60,347 nt of DNA from a virus (lineage: Duplodnaviria > Caudoviricetes). Position 1 is the stretch's first letter. Each line of letters opens with the position of its first letter. Position numbers and translations under genes: made by a program. Below the pieces are notes generated by a model. The model saw only the letters and a program-made list of their open reading frames with translations, ran no database searches and was not told the origin of the DNA. This document shows, in pieces, positions 1-10,072 of this stretch. The DNA lies in the IMG/VR virus record IMGVR_UViG_3300015242_000026, positions 1-60,347 of that record; one strand, 5' to 3'.

Positions 1-13
1 CTGCCGAAGGCTC
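1..13. repeat. Left copy of 13-bp terminal repeat CTGCCGAAGGCTC (putative cos cohesive end)
   Basis: Identical to 60335-60347; the junction lies between HNH and terS. Confidence 0.75.
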
Positions 14-80
14 TCCCCCCAGCCCCGGGAATTTTAAACGGAGATCCACTGCATAATATTCGGTGACTCTCGGTAACCCG

Positions 81-407
81 ATGGCGGTGACTGTACGTGA
101 GATCTCGACCGTGACGGTGGGTAAGGGTCCGGTCGAGCTGGCCACCCGGGCGATGGTCCGCAGCATGGGCATCCTGACCCCCCGCCAGAAGCTCACCGCC
201 GCCGTCGCGGTCCGAGTCGCCGCGAACCTCGACGGCGAGGAAGACGGATCGAAGGCGTCCGCGCTGTCCCGCGAGCTGCGCCACCTGACGATGATCCTGA
301 TCCCGACCGCCGGCTCGACGTCCGTCGAGCCGGCGCACCTCGACCCGGTCGCGGCGCTGCGCGACGAGGTGGCGCGTAAGCGGCGTGAACGCGGGCAGGG
401 CGCGTGA
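81..407 (+). CDS. terS: Terminase small subunit
   Basis: Small helical protein overlapping the terL start (GTGA); ends like many actinophage TerS (DPVAALRDEVARKRRER). ATG at 81 preferred over GTG at 63. Confidence 0.7.
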   Translation: MAVTVREISTVTVGKGPVELATRAMVRSMGILTPRQKLTAAVAVRVAANLDGEEDGSKASALSRELRHLTMILIPTAGSTSVEPAHLDPVAALRDEVARKRRERGQGA

Positions 408-1933
408 GCGACCTCGTCGGCCGGCAGGAGCCGACGTTCCTGTGGGTGCCCGAGCACGATTTCAGCTTGGGAGCTGAAGTCATCGAGTTGGCCGCCGCGG
501 CCGGTCTGGTGCTGGACCCGTGGCAGCAGCTGCTGGTGAAACTCGCCTGCTCCGTCGACCCGGTCGACGCGTGGCTGTGTTTCGAGGTGTGCGTCATCGT
601 GTCCCGCCAGAACGGCAAGGGCAGCTTCCTGGAGGCGCTGGAGCTGGGCTGGCTGTATCTGTTCGGCGACCGGATGATCATCCATTCCGCGCACCTATTC
701 GAGACTTCTCGGGAGCATTTCCTGCGAATGCAGGCCCTTATCGGCGACAACGACGACTTTTCGCGGCGAATCCGCCGGATGCGCGAGGGTCGCGGCGCCG
801 AAGAGATAGAGCTGATCGGCGGGCAGCGACTCAAGTTCATGACCCGCAAGGGCGGCGCCGGCCGCGGGTTCACCGGCTCCAAGGTTGTCCTCGATGAGGC
901 CATGTACCTGGACGCGACGATGATGGCCGCGTCCCTGCCGACCCTGGCCACGATCCCCAACGCGCAGGTCGTCTACACCGGGTCGGCCGGGATGAAGCAC
1001 TCCACCCAACTCGCCGCGGTACGCCGGCGCGGATACGCCCGCAACGACCCGGCGCTGATGTTCGCCGAATGGGCCGCCGACAAGGCCGTCTACGGGCCGC
1101 ACGGTGAACTCCTCGCCGGTGACGACCCGGCCTCCCCGCAGACCTGGGCCAAGGTGAACCCCGGCCAAGGGATCCGGATCAGCGTCAGCTACATCCGCAA
1201 GGAGATGGCGACCTTGGGTGGACCCACGTCGAAAGAGTTCGGCACCGAACGGCTCGGGATCGGCGACTGGCCCGAGCAAGACGCAACGTGGGAAGTCATC
1301 GACAAGCAGACGTGGCAGTCCCGGGCCGACCAGGCAAGCCAGATCGTGGAGCGCGGGGCGATCGCCCTGGCCATCGACGCCGACCCGCAGCGGTCGATGG
1401 GCACCATCGGTGTCTGCGGGCTACGCGCCGACGGCCGCCGGCACATCGAGGTCATCGAACGGCACCGCGGCACCGGCTGGATCCTCGGCGCCAGCAGCGC
1501 CGCGGTCGGGAAGACCGACCCCGAGCCCGAGCATGAACTCTCCGACTGGGAACAGGCCATCGTCGACCGGATGACCGACCTGAAGACCCGCTACCGGCTA
1601 TGTGCGGTGGCGGTGCTGAAAACGTCAGCGGCGGCGAGCCTGATCGCGGCGCTGGTACGGGCAGGGTTGCCGGTGAAATCCCCGACCGAGATCGAGTACG
1701 CGCAGGCGTGCGGGGACCTGTTCGAGGCGGTTGTCGAGAAGGACACGCTCGTTCACCTCGACCAGCCGTCGATGAACGACGCGGCCGGCGCCGCGCGTAA
1801 GCGCAGCGGCGTCGAGGGTGGTTGGCGTTGGTCGCGGGAGTCCGCGGTGGACGCGGCACCGATCGTGGTCGGCACCCTGGCGCTGTGGGCACATGAGAGT
1901 TTCGCGCCTGTCCCTCGAAGCAAGATCTGGTAA
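404..1933 (+). CDS. terL: Terminase large subunit
   Basis: Q-motif LDPWQ, Walker A SRQNGKG, Walker B VVLDEA, TGSAG motif, RNase H-like IDAD and VDA. Confidence 0.95.
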   Translation: MSDLVGRQEPTFLWVPEHDFSLGAEVIELAAAAGLVLDPWQQLLVKLACSVDPVDAWLCFEVCVIVSRQNGKGSFLEALELGWLYLFGDRMIIHSAHLFETSREHFLRMQALIGDNDDFSRRIRRMREGRGAEEIELIGGQRLKFMTRKGGAGRGFTGSKVVLDEAMYLDATMMAASLPTLATIPNAQVVYTGSAGMKHSTQLAAVRRRGYARNDPALMFAEWAADKAVYGPHGELLAGDDPASPQTWAKVNPGQGIRISVSYIRKEMATLGGPTSKEFGTERLGIGDWPEQDATWEVIDKQTWQSRADQASQIVERGAIALAIDADPQRSMGTIGVCGLRADGRRHIEVIERHRGTGWILGASSAAVGKTDPEPEHELSDWEQAIVDRMTDLKTRYRLCAVAVLKTSAAASLIAALVRAGLPVKSPTEIEYAQACGDLFEAVVEKDTLVHLDQPSMNDAAGAARKRSGVEGGWRWSRESAVDAAPIVVGTLALWAHESFAPVPRSKIW

Positions 1934-1944
1934 GGGAGCCACAT

Positions 1945-2196
1945 ATGATCCCGCAGGCCGACACCGAGGTGTCGTGGTTCGACCGAACCGCGCGACCGGC
2001 CGAACTGGCTCCGCGCCCGCGCATTCGTGGCCTGCGACTGCCCGCGCTCCCGTCGTGGCCGCTGGTCGCGCAGGTGGCCGGTGCGGTCGCTGCGCTGACC
2101 GGCGTGTACCAGGAGTGGGGCTCAGCGGTCGCGCTCATCGCCGCCGGCGTGGCCGCGGCTCTGATCGGCGCGCTGCGCGAGGCAGGCAAGATCTAA
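1945..2196 (+). CDS. Small two-TM membrane protein between terL and portal
   Basis: RBS AAGGGAG; two hydrophobic segments; position common in HK97-like heads. Confidence 0.75.
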   Translation: MIPQADTEVSWFDRTARPAELAPRPRIRGLRLPALPSWPLVAQVAGAVAALTGVYQEWGSAVALIAAGVAAALIGALREAGKI

Positions 2197-2197
2197 C

Positions 2198-3433
2198 ATG
2201 GGTCTCGGCCGGTTGTTCACGCGTTCGACGCGCTACACCGCGACCGACACGGTGACCGGCCAGACCGCTACGTACACCGTCATCGACAACATGGCCCCCG
2301 ACTGGCCGTCGGCGGCGTATCAGGGTGGGATGGGTATCCCCGGCGCCTGGCGGGCCGCGACGCTGCTGTCCGACCTGCTCGGGTCAGTGCCGTGGGATGC
2401 CTACCGGCAGCCGATCGGACAGCCGGAAACAAAGATCGAGCCGACACCGCCGATACTGGACCAGCCGGCCCCGCCGGACACCCGCATGACGACGTTCTCC
2501 TCATGGGGTCTGGATCTGATCTGGCACGGCAACGCCGTCGGGGTGATCGCCGCGCGTAACGCGCTGGGCTGGCCGACCGCCGCCCTGCCGATACCGGCGC
2601 AGTTCGTCGGGGTGCGGCGGGTGACACCGTTCATCGACTCGCCGCTGCCGGTCGGTGCGCTCGAGTACCAGATCGGGGAGATGAAGCTCGGCTCCCAGGA
2701 CGTCATCCACGTCAAGGGTCCGTGCCAGCCCGGCGCGGTACGCGGTCTGGGCGTGCTGGAAACCCAGCTGAACACGCTCAGCCTGGCGACCGAGCAGGCC
2801 CGGCAGGCCCGCTCGGTGTCTACACACGGCGTGCCGTCGGGCATCCTCGAGTCGTCCAACCCGGATCTGACCGATGACGAAGCCCGCGACTTGAAGGCCG
2901 GTTGGCTGGCGTCGCAGCAGTCCCGCACGATCGCCGTGCTCAATCCGAGCGTGAAGTTCACGCCGTTGTCCTGGAACCCCGAGCAGATGGAACTGGTCGC
3001 GGCCCGCCAGATGACGCTGAACGAGCTGGAGTTGGTGTTCGGGCTGCCGGTCGGCTGGCTGGGCGGGATGAACAGCGCCCGCCAATACTCTAATATCGAA
3101 CAAGACGCCGTTAATCTGCTGAAATTCAGCCTTAACGGTCACCTGTCCCGGTTCGAGCAGACCCTCTCGCTGGCCTTACCTCGCGGCACGGTGGCCCGCG
3201 CCAACGTCGACTCTGTGCTGCGCGCGGACACATTGACTCGCTATCAGGCCCACGCGATCGGCATCGCGAGCGGCTTCCTCACCGTTGATGAGGCTCGCGA
3301 CCTGGAGCACCGGCCGCCGCTACCCGACAAGCCGGCGATGGCTGACCCGTTCGCGGTCGGCGCAAGTCCGACCAGCGCCGATGCACCGCCCAGCAACACC
3401 AATCCGATGATGAATGGAGGGCCGCAGCCGTGA
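2198..3433 (+). CDS. HK97-family portal protein
   Basis: LIWHGNA, DVIHVK, YSNIEQ and GFLTVDEARDLE motifs. Confidence 0.95.
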   Translation: MGLGRLFTRSTRYTATDTVTGQTATYTVIDNMAPDWPSAAYQGGMGIPGAWRAATLLSDLLGSVPWDAYRQPIGQPETKIEPTPPILDQPAPPDTRMTTFSSWGLDLIWHGNAVGVIAARNALGWPTAALPIPAQFVGVRRVTPFIDSPLPVGALEYQIGEMKLGSQDVIHVKGPCQPGAVRGLGVLETQLNTLSLATEQARQARSVSTHGVPSGILESSNPDLTDDEARDLKAGWLASQQSRTIAVLNPSVKFTPLSWNPEQMELVAARQMTLNELELVFGLPVGWLGGMNSARQYSNIEQDAVNLLKFSLNGHLSRFEQTLSLALPRGTVARANVDSVLRADTLTRYQAHAIGIASGFLTVDEARDLEHRPPLPDKPAMADPFAVGASPTSADAPPSNTNPMMNGGPQP

Positions 3434-3837
3434 CCGAGAAGACCCCGGCGCAGACCACGAAGACGACGGTGACGGCCGGCCCGGCGAAGACCGTCACCGA
3501 GACAACGAAGACCCAAGCCGGCGACGGGGAGCACACGACCACCGTCCAGACCCAGGTCCGGCCCGGCGGCGGATCAGAGACCCGCACCGACGTGAAGACA
3601 CCGGCGCCCGGCGAGTGTGTGGTCGACGACGGCACGCACCACACCGGACGGGCCGTGCCGGGCACGAAGGTGTGTTCGGCGCACACGTTCCGCTACCACA
3701 ACGACGGAACACCCCGGGACCCGGCGCAGACGGGGCAGGCGCCGAAGGTCGTCGAGAAGGACACGCTGGTCGACACCGATCCAAGGAACCAGGAGATGGT
3801 CCGAGCCGCGCAGTCGCGTGAGGTACGGACGTCCTGA
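3430..3837 (+). CDS. Hypothetical Thr-rich protein
   Basis: GTGA overlap with portal; RBS GGAGG. Confidence 0.65.
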   Translation: MTEKTPAQTTKTTVTAGPAKTVTETTKTQAGDGEHTTTVQTQVRPGGGSETRTDVKTPAPGECVVDDGTHHTGRAVPGTKVCSAHTFRYHNDGTPRDPAQTGQAPKVVEKDTLVDTDPRNQEMVRAAQSREVRTS

Positions 3838-4781
3838 TGGCCGTCAGCGAGCGGCCGTGGGGCCGGTACGCCGAAGCGGAGTACAGCTCGTCGGAGTGGC
3901 GGTCGGCGTGCCTGGTCGACACGGGCATCGGCGACCCCGACGCGAAGTCGCGGTACAAGCTGCCCGTCCGTGAGCCCATGGGCGAGGTGAACCGCGGTGC
4001 CGTCCAGGCGGCCGCCGGCGGGCTCGCCGCGGTGCGCGGGATCTCGTCGGACATGCGCTCATCGGTCGGCCGGCAGCTGGTCGCACTGCTTCGTGACGTG
4101 GGCGAGGAACCCCCGGAAGGGCTGATGACTATGGCCGGACTACGCGACGCCCGGGACACCCCGGCGGTCGACACCGCTACGCCGCTGTACCGGTCGTTCG
4201 CCCCAGACCTTGAGGTCAAGCACGGCGGGGACGGCCGGACCGTGTACGGCATCGCCGTGCCCTACAACGCGCCGACCCGCATCGACGGTGAGCTGGTCGA
4301 GCAGTTCGCCCGCGGGGCGTTCAACCACCAGGTCCGCGACCCGGGCCGGGTCAAGTTCGCCCGCGAGCACGTCATGCTGGGCGGGTCGCTCATCGGTGCG
4401 TTGTCCGCGATGCGCGACGACGCCGCCGGGTTGTACGTGGAGATGCGGGCATCGCGGACCCCGGTCGGCGACGAGACGCTCGAGCTGGTGAAGGACGGTG
4501 CGCTCGACCAGTTGTCCATCATGTTCCGGGAACGGCAGAACCGGCGGCTGGCCGGCGGCGTCACCGAGCGGGTGAAGGCCCACCTCGCCGAGGTCGCGGT
4601 GGTGATGGAAGGCGCCTACGGGGACCTGGCCACCGCGGCGGGCGTCCGGTCCGCGCAGGTCCCGGCTGCGGCGCTGGATCTGGACCTGCGGGCCGCCGCC
4701 GAAACGTATCTGGTCGGTGGGCTACCCGAGCCGACCGACAACGAGCTTGTCATCCGCGCGATCGAGCTTGGGCTGTTCTGA
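3837..4781 (+). CDS. HK97-type prohead protease with ~110-aa N-terminal extension
   Basis: RTVYGIAVPYN, EQFARGAF, REH, LSIMF and LAEVAVV motifs. Confidence 0.9.
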   Translation: MAVSERPWGRYAEAEYSSSEWRSACLVDTGIGDPDAKSRYKLPVREPMGEVNRGAVQAAAGGLAAVRGISSDMRSSVGRQLVALLRDVGEEPPEGLMTMAGLRDARDTPAVDTATPLYRSFAPDLEVKHGGDGRTVYGIAVPYNAPTRIDGELVEQFARGAFNHQVRDPGRVKFAREHVMLGGSLIGALSAMRDDAAGLYVEMRASRTPVGDETLELVKDGALDQLSIMFRERQNRRLAGGVTERVKAHLAEVAVVMEGAYGDLATAAGVRSAQVPAAALDLDLRAAAETYLVGGLPEPTDNELVIRAIELGLF

Positions 4782-4820
4782 CCGACTGTTATCGTCCGAC
4801 CTACATGTAAGCGCTGGACA

Positions 4821-4902
4821 CCGGCCCCCCCGCCTATCGACGTGAACCCCCCGGCCCCTCAAAGAATGCCGGCACCTTCACCTCTCGACGCGGGCCCCCC
4901 GG
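4821..4902 (+). promoter_or_regulatory. Long interrupted stem-loop in the capsid leader
   Basis: Nested complementary blocks CCGG, CCGC/GCGG, TCGA, GTGAA/TTCAC and CCGGC/GCCGG separated by C-rich bulges. Confidence 0.45.
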
Positions 4903-4948
4903 TCACTCGGAGCATTCCAATCCTTGTGATCCCTGGAGGGGTTCGGCC

Positions 4949-6313
4949 ATGGCCGAGAACGTCTATCTGCGTTCCATCCGCGAGCAGTACGACTCGCTCA
5001 AGAAGTCCATTGAAGGTCTGCAAACCCGGGCGACCGAGGCGAAGCGTGACCTGACCAACGAAGAGCTGCGCAGCATCATCGAACAGGGCGACAAGGCGAA
5101 GCTCCTGTACACCCAGATCGAGGACCTGTCCGAGATCGAGCTGCGCAACGCCAAGGTCGCGGCGATGCAGGAACGGGTGTCTTCGGCGATGGCCGCCGGC
5201 GCGGCGACCAAGCCCGACGAGCCGGTCGACGACGATCAGAGCGTCGACGATGGTACCCAGCTTCGCAACCTGGGCGGCGCCCGGACGCAGGACCGCGACC
5301 CCGGCTTCTACACCCGGGCGTCGCAGCATTCCTTCCTCGGCGACCAGTACCGGGCCGCCCGGCTCGGCGACGACGCGGCGAAGGCCCGGCTGACCAAGCA
5401 CTCCAACGCGATGCGCGACAACACCCACCTGCGTGACGTGCTCGGCGCTGGTGCGTCCACGTTCGGCGCCGGTCTGGTTCCGCCGATCTGGCTGGCCGAA
5501 CAGTTCGCGCCGATCCTGCACCGACGCCTGCGGGTGGCCAGCGTGTTGCGGCAGGTGCCGTGGGCCGGCCCGTTCCCGTGGACGATCCCGATCGCCGGCA
5601 CGGTGGCATCCGGATCGACCATTACGGAAGGCGTCAACAGCACGGAGACCGACCCGGGCTATTCGACGATTACGGTCACGCCGTCGACCATCATGGGCTA
5701 CTCCGAGGTGTCCCGGCAGATGCTCGAGGCCAGCAACCCCGCCGTCGATGCGATCATCTGGGGTGACCTGACGGGCGACTTCCTGGACCGCTGCGAGACG
5801 GCGGTTATCACCGCGCTCGAGGCGCAGACGTCGGTCAACCTGGCCACGGTCCTGGACAACACCCTGGCGACCAACATGCGCAACGGCGTGTTGGATGCGA
5901 TCGCGGCGGTGTCGGACAACTCCGGCGGGGACGCGGACGTGTTCGTCAGTAAGAACTCGAAGTGGGTCGGCTACCTGAAGCTGACCGACTCGACGAACCG
6001 GCCGCTGGTGCTGTCGCAGCGCTACAACCCGCAGAACGCGATCGGCCAGGGCAACGACCTGCAGGCGTTCCGGTCCCCGATTCAGGGCGACCTGGAAAGC
6101 CTCATGGTGGTCACCTCGCCGACCGTCGGCACGATGCGCGGTTTCGTCATCAACTCGCAGGAAATCCTGTACCAGAACAGCCCGCCGATGCAGTTCCAGT
6201 TCGAGCAGCCCGCCGGCCCGGCGCTGATCCGGATCGGCATATGGGGATACATGGCCGTGTCGACCGCGCGGCGGCCGAAAGCGATAACGAAGATTGTTTA
6301 CAGCAACAACTGA
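4949..6313 (+). CDS. Major capsid protein, HK97 fold with N-terminal coiled-coil delta domain
   Basis: Coiled-coil first ~100 aa; GLVPPIW and VSRQMLE motifs; follows the protease; RBS GGAGG. Confidence 0.92.
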   Translation: MAENVYLRSIREQYDSLKKSIEGLQTRATEAKRDLTNEELRSIIEQGDKAKLLYTQIEDLSEIELRNAKVAAMQERVSSAMAAGAATKPDEPVDDDQSVDDGTQLRNLGGARTQDRDPGFYTRASQHSFLGDQYRAARLGDDAAKARLTKHSNAMRDNTHLRDVLGAGASTFGAGLVPPIWLAEQFAPILHRRLRVASVLRQVPWAGPFPWTIPIAGTVASGSTITEGVNSTETDPGYSTITVTPSTIMGYSEVSRQMLEASNPAVDAIIWGDLTGDFLDRCETAVITALEAQTSVNLATVLDNTLATNMRNGVLDAIAAVSDNSGGDADVFVSKNSKWVGYLKLTDSTNRPLVLSQRYNPQNAIGQGNDLQAFRSPIQGDLESLMVVTSPTVGTMRGFVINSQEILYQNSPPMQFQFEQPAGPALIRIGIWGYMAVSTARRPKAITKIVYSNN

Positions 6314-6322
6314 GGAGCCGCA

Positions 6323-6589
6323 GTGCAGAAACCATCGGTCGGCCGGATCGTGCATGTGGTCGGCGGTCCGGCTGTGTCGAACGGTGCCGACGTGGCGCCG
6401 GGGATCGTCACACGCGTGTGGTCCGAGTCGCCCGACGGGGACTTCTGGACGATAAACGCGACGGTGTTCCCCGACTGCGGGATCTCGCCGGCTCAGTCCG
6501 CGTCGTCGGTGTACCTGTACGAAACCGAAGAGGTGGCCCGGGAACGCAGCAGTGCGAATGCTGCCGCGTTCTGGCCGCCGCGAGCGTGA
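6323..6589 (+). CDS. Hypothetical phage protein (PSVGRIVH type)
   Basis: RBS GAGGAG; SH3-like pattern ending WPPR. Confidence 0.75.
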   Translation: MQKPSVGRIVHVVGGPAVSNGADVAPGIVTRVWSESPDGDFWTINATVFPDCGISPAQSASSVYLYETEEVARERSSANAAAFWPPRA

Positions 6590-6595
6590 GGAGCG

Positions 6596-6733
6596 ATGAA
6601 CGTGGGAGGCAAGGCCAGCAAGGGGACGCCGCCTGATGGCCGGTTGTCCGAAAACAAGTCCGGCAGCGGGAGCAAACCTGCGGCCAGCAAACCGTCCGGC
6701 TACGGCTCGAAGTCCGGCGGCAAGGGCAAGTGA
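6596..6733 (+). CDS. 45-aa Gly/Ser/Lys-rich peptide (not in ORF track)
   Basis: GAGGAG RBS; MNVGGKASKGTPPDGRLSENKSGSGSKPAASKPSGYGSKSGGKGK; stop overlaps the next GTG. Confidence 0.65.
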   Translation: MNVGGKASKGTPPDGRLSENKSGSGSKPAASKPSGYGSKSGGKGK

Positions 6734-8169
6734 GCGAAGAGAGGTCATCTGTGCCGAACGCCACCGGGGACGGGCTTGTCCAGGTCGCCTACCTGCACGG
6801 CAACGATGTGCGCCACTCGTGGCACGAGTCGATGCGGCGACTGTACGAGCACGACCGGGTGGCGTTCGGCCGGATCTCCGGTACGAAGGGCCCACTCAAC
6901 ATCCGGTGCGGGACCGGCCAGCTGGTCCTCAAGCGCAACTACGCCGTCAAGCTGTTCCTGGACGGCACGCCGCACGAGTGGCTGTGGATGATCGACACCG
7001 ACATGGGCTTCGCGCCGGACGTCGTCGAACGCCTGGTGCAGTCCGCGCATCCGGTCGACCGGCCGGTGGTCGGTGCGCTGTGCTTCACGTTGTCGGACGC
7101 CGCCTACGACGGAATGAACGGCATGCGTACCAGCCTGGTGCCGACCATCTACCGGATGGGGCACACCCGCGAGGGTCACGCCACGTTCAGCCACTTCGGC
7201 GACTACCCGACCAACACGATGATCCAGGTCGCCGCCACCGGCGCCGCGTGCATCCTGTTTCACCGCTCCGTCTTGGAGAAGGTCCGCGCTGATCACGGCG
7301 ATCACTGGTTTGACCAGATGTACAACGAAGACGGCCAGATGGTCGGCGAGGACTTCGCGTTGTGCATGCGGCTGGGCGCGGCCGGCATCCCGATCTGGGT
7401 GCATTCCGGCATCCCGACCAACCACCACAAGGATGTCTGGATCTCCGAGGACGACTACCGGCTGCAGGCCGACCCGCCACAGCCGGCCGACACGGAGACC
7501 GCTGTGCTGGTGCCGGTGATGAAGCGCCCGCACAACGCGGCCCCGTTCATGGCCAGCCTGCGCGCGTCCACCGGCCTGGCCCGGGTGTACGCCATCGCCG
7601 ACCCGGACGATCCGGACACGATCGAAGCGTGGGAGGAAGCCGGCGCGACCGTGATCGTCCGGCCGGGCTCGGCCGGCACGTTCGCCGAGAAGATCAATCT
7701 CGGGTACCGGACGACGATCGAGCCGTGGCTGTTCATCGCCGGTGACGACGCCCGGTTCACCGGAGACTGGCTCGACCAGGCCCAGCACATCGCCCGACTA
7801 TCCGGCGCGAAAGTGATCGGCACCAACGACCTCAGCAACCCGCGGGTCCTGGCCGGCGAGCACGCCACCCACCTACTCATCGACCGGGAGTACATCGACG
7901 GGGAGGGCGGAAGCTGGGACGGGCCGGGCGCGATCGCGCACGAGGGCTATCGGCACTGGTTCGTCGACGATGAGATCGTCTACGCCGCCAAGCAGCGCGG
8001 CGCGTGGGCGATGGCCCCAGCATCGATCGTGCCGCACCTGCATCCGCTGTGGGGCAAGGGCGTGACCGACGAGGTATACGAACTGGGCCAGTCCCATGCC
8101 GAGACGGACGGCAAACTGTTCGAGGCGCGCTGCAGTAAATACCTGCTGGCGGCATCCGATGCACGCTGA
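6730..8169 (+). CDS. Tandem GT-A (GT2-like) glycosyltransferase
   Basis: Domain 1: MIDTDMGF (DxD), GAACILFHRSV, GEDFALC. Domain 2: VLVPVMKRP, FIAGDDARF, HWFVDDE. Confidence 0.85.
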   Translation: MSEERSSVPNATGDGLVQVAYLHGNDVRHSWHESMRRLYEHDRVAFGRISGTKGPLNIRCGTGQLVLKRNYAVKLFLDGTPHEWLWMIDTDMGFAPDVVERLVQSAHPVDRPVVGALCFTLSDAAYDGMNGMRTSLVPTIYRMGHTREGHATFSHFGDYPTNTMIQVAATGAACILFHRSVLEKVRADHGDHWFDQMYNEDGQMVGEDFALCMRLGAAGIPIWVHSGIPTNHHKDVWISEDDYRLQADPPQPADTETAVLVPVMKRPHNAAPFMASLRASTGLARVYAIADPDDPDTIEAWEEAGATVIVRPGSAGTFAEKINLGYRTTIEPWLFIAGDDARFTGDWLDQAQHIARLSGAKVIGTNDLSNPRVLAGEHATHLLIDREYIDGEGGSWDGPGAIAHEGYRHWFVDDEIVYAAKQRGAWAMAPASIVPHLHPLWGKGVTDEVYELGQSHAETDGKLFEARCSKYLLAASDAR

Positions 8170-8704
8170 GGCCTTGGAATGGGTGCGCCGGCACGCCACC
8201 ACTCGCGCGGTGTCGGTGCTCGACCTCGGCGGCCGCAACATCAACGGCTCCCCGCGCGCCCTGTTCCCCAACGCGTCCGTGTACCGGACGCTCGACATCG
8301 CCGACGGCCCCGGCGTCGACATCGTCGCGGACGCGTCCACCTGGATCCCCGACCAGATGTACGACGTGGTCGTCTGCTGCGAGACGTTCGAGCACACCGC
8401 GTCGTGGCCGCAGATCTGCACCACGGCGTACGTGGCGTGCAAGCCCGGTGGCCTGCTGATCCTGACGATGGCCGGTCCTGGACGGCCGGACCACTCCGGT
8501 ATCGACGGCGGGTGGACGCTGCACCCCGGCGAGCACTACGGCAATGTCGAGCCCGGCGAGCTGTGGCGGGCGCTACACGACTGCGGGTGGCGGAAAATCC
8601 TCGTCGACTACCAGCCCAGCCCGGCCGACACCCGGGCAACCGCGGTCCGCCCGAAGGTGCCGGCCTTCGTTGAACTCGCCGCGCAGTCGGTGACGTATGG
8701 CTGA
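8159..8704 (+). CDS. Class I SAM-dependent methyltransferase
   Basis: VLDLGGR motif I, VDIVADA, YDVVVCCETFEH, KPGGLLIL. Confidence 0.85.
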   Translation: MHAEALEWVRRHATTRAVSVLDLGGRNINGSPRALFPNASVYRTLDIADGPGVDIVADASTWIPDQMYDVVVCCETFEHTASWPQICTTAYVACKPGGLLILTMAGPGRPDHSGIDGGWTLHPGEHYGNVEPGELWRALHDCGWRKILVDYQPSPADTRATAVRPKVPAFVELAAQSVTYG

Positions 8705-8915
8705 GTTGCGGACGGCGAAGATACAGATTGTTCTCGATGCGGTGATCGTCCGACCGGGAGACACTCTGGTTCTCCGCTTTCACCAGGAACTGACCCCAGA
8801 GGAAGCCGCCGAGATCAAACAGCGGCTGGCCGAATACATGCCGGACGTGTCGGCGGTAATCCTCAACGCTGAACAGATGCTGGTCTACCGACCGAACGAC
8901 GATCCGACGGAGTGA
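8697..8915 (+). CDS. Hypothetical protein
   Basis: Overlaps the upstream stop; fills the operon. Confidence 0.6.
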   Translation: MAELRTAKIQIVLDAVIVRPGDTLVLRFHQELTPEEAAEIKQRLAEYMPDVSAVILNAEQMLVYRPNDDPTE

Positions 8916-8921
8916 CCGGCG

Positions 8922-9770
8922 ATGGCTCTGCTGCGGATGCTGGTGACCACGTTGCAGACCGTCAGCCACACGTTCTACGCCGACGGCGACCCGGTCGACG
9001 CGGGCGGCGCCGTCACTGTCGCCGTGAAGCGCCTGGACGGTACCGCCGTCGCCAGCGGCACCGCGACGCACGCCAGCGTCGGCACCTACACCTGGCCGGT
9101 GACCAGCGCGGTCCTCGACACGTTGACGGTCGACTGGACCGGCTCGGTCGGCGGGTCGACCGTGACCGTGCGGGACATCGTCGAGGTGGTCGGCGACTTC
9201 TTCTTCGGACTGGCCGAGGTCCGTGACGAGTTGGGCCTACCTGCCACGATCACCGATGCGAAGCTCGCGGCCCGGCGCATCCAGGTCGAACAGGAATGCG
9301 AGCGGATCTGCCGGCAGGCGTTCGTGCCCCGGTTCGCCCGCGAGGTGTTCTCCGGCAACGACCTGCAGCGCATCGGGCTGTACTGGCCCCGCACCCGGGC
9401 AATCCGGGCTGTCAGCGTCACCGGCACGGCATGGACCGCGCCGCAGATCGCCGAACTCGGATTCTCGGACGCCGGCGTACTACGCCGGCCGGTCGGGGCG
9501 ACGTGGCCGGCCGGTCAGCGCAACATCGTCGTCGAGTACGAGCACGGCCTGGACCTGCCGCCACAGGACATCCACGACGCGAGCATGCTGCGCCTGCGTT
9601 CGCTGCTGCCCCGCGCCCGCTCTGGCGTTCCGGACCGCACTACCAGCTTCACCGACCCCGGGGGCGCGGTGTACCGGCTGTCCCTGCCAACCGCGACCGC
9701 GACCGGCGTCCCCGATGTCGACGGCGCCTACGCGAAATGGCCCGGTCCACGCAGGATCGTGACCGCGTGA
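8922..9770 (+). CDS. Head-to-tail adaptor with N-terminal Ig-like domain
   Basis: Beta-rich N-terminus; IERICRQAF-like helix, IVVEYEHG, TGVPDVD; synteny. Confidence 0.75.
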   Translation: MALLRMLVTTLQTVSHTFYADGDPVDAGGAVTVAVKRLDGTAVASGTATHASVGTYTWPVTSAVLDTLTVDWTGSVGGSTVTVRDIVEVVGDFFFGLAEVRDELGLPATITDAKLAARRIQVEQECERICRQAFVPRFAREVFSGNDLQRIGLYWPRTRAIRAVSVTGTAWTAPQIAELGFSDAGVLRRPVGATWPAGQRNIVVEYEHGLDLPPQDIHDASMLRLRSLLPRARSGVPDRTTSFTDPGGAVYRLSLPTATATGVPDVDGAYAKWPGPRRIVTA

Positions 9771-10072
9771 GTGCGTGGGTGGAGAGGACCGCGATGGACC
9801 CGACCTACGATCCACCGTCCGGGTCGACCAATCCATCAGCCGCACCGGGAGCAGGCGAGATCCAGCCAGACGCGAGACTGGCCGCTATCGAGTTCGCGCA
9901 CGATATTTCGGCGAACCTGATGGCGAAGGCCGACGCTGGCGCACGACTGTTTTTCGCGCTGTACCACCGTCCGCAGGCGGCCGAGCTGTTCGAAAGCGAG
10001 TTCATGAGCAAAGGGCTGCGGATGGCATACATGGCCGCAGCCGAGGCGTTCATCCCGCGCGGGCAGTCGTGA
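9767..10072 (+). CDS. Hypothetical protein
   Basis: 3' part of ORF 9296-10072; GTGA overlaps at both ends. Confidence 0.55.
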   Translation: MSAWVERTAMDPTYDPPSGSTNPSAAPGAGEIQPDARLAAIEFAHDISANLMAKADAGARLFFALYHRPQAAELFESEFMSKGLRMAYMAAAEAFIPRGQS

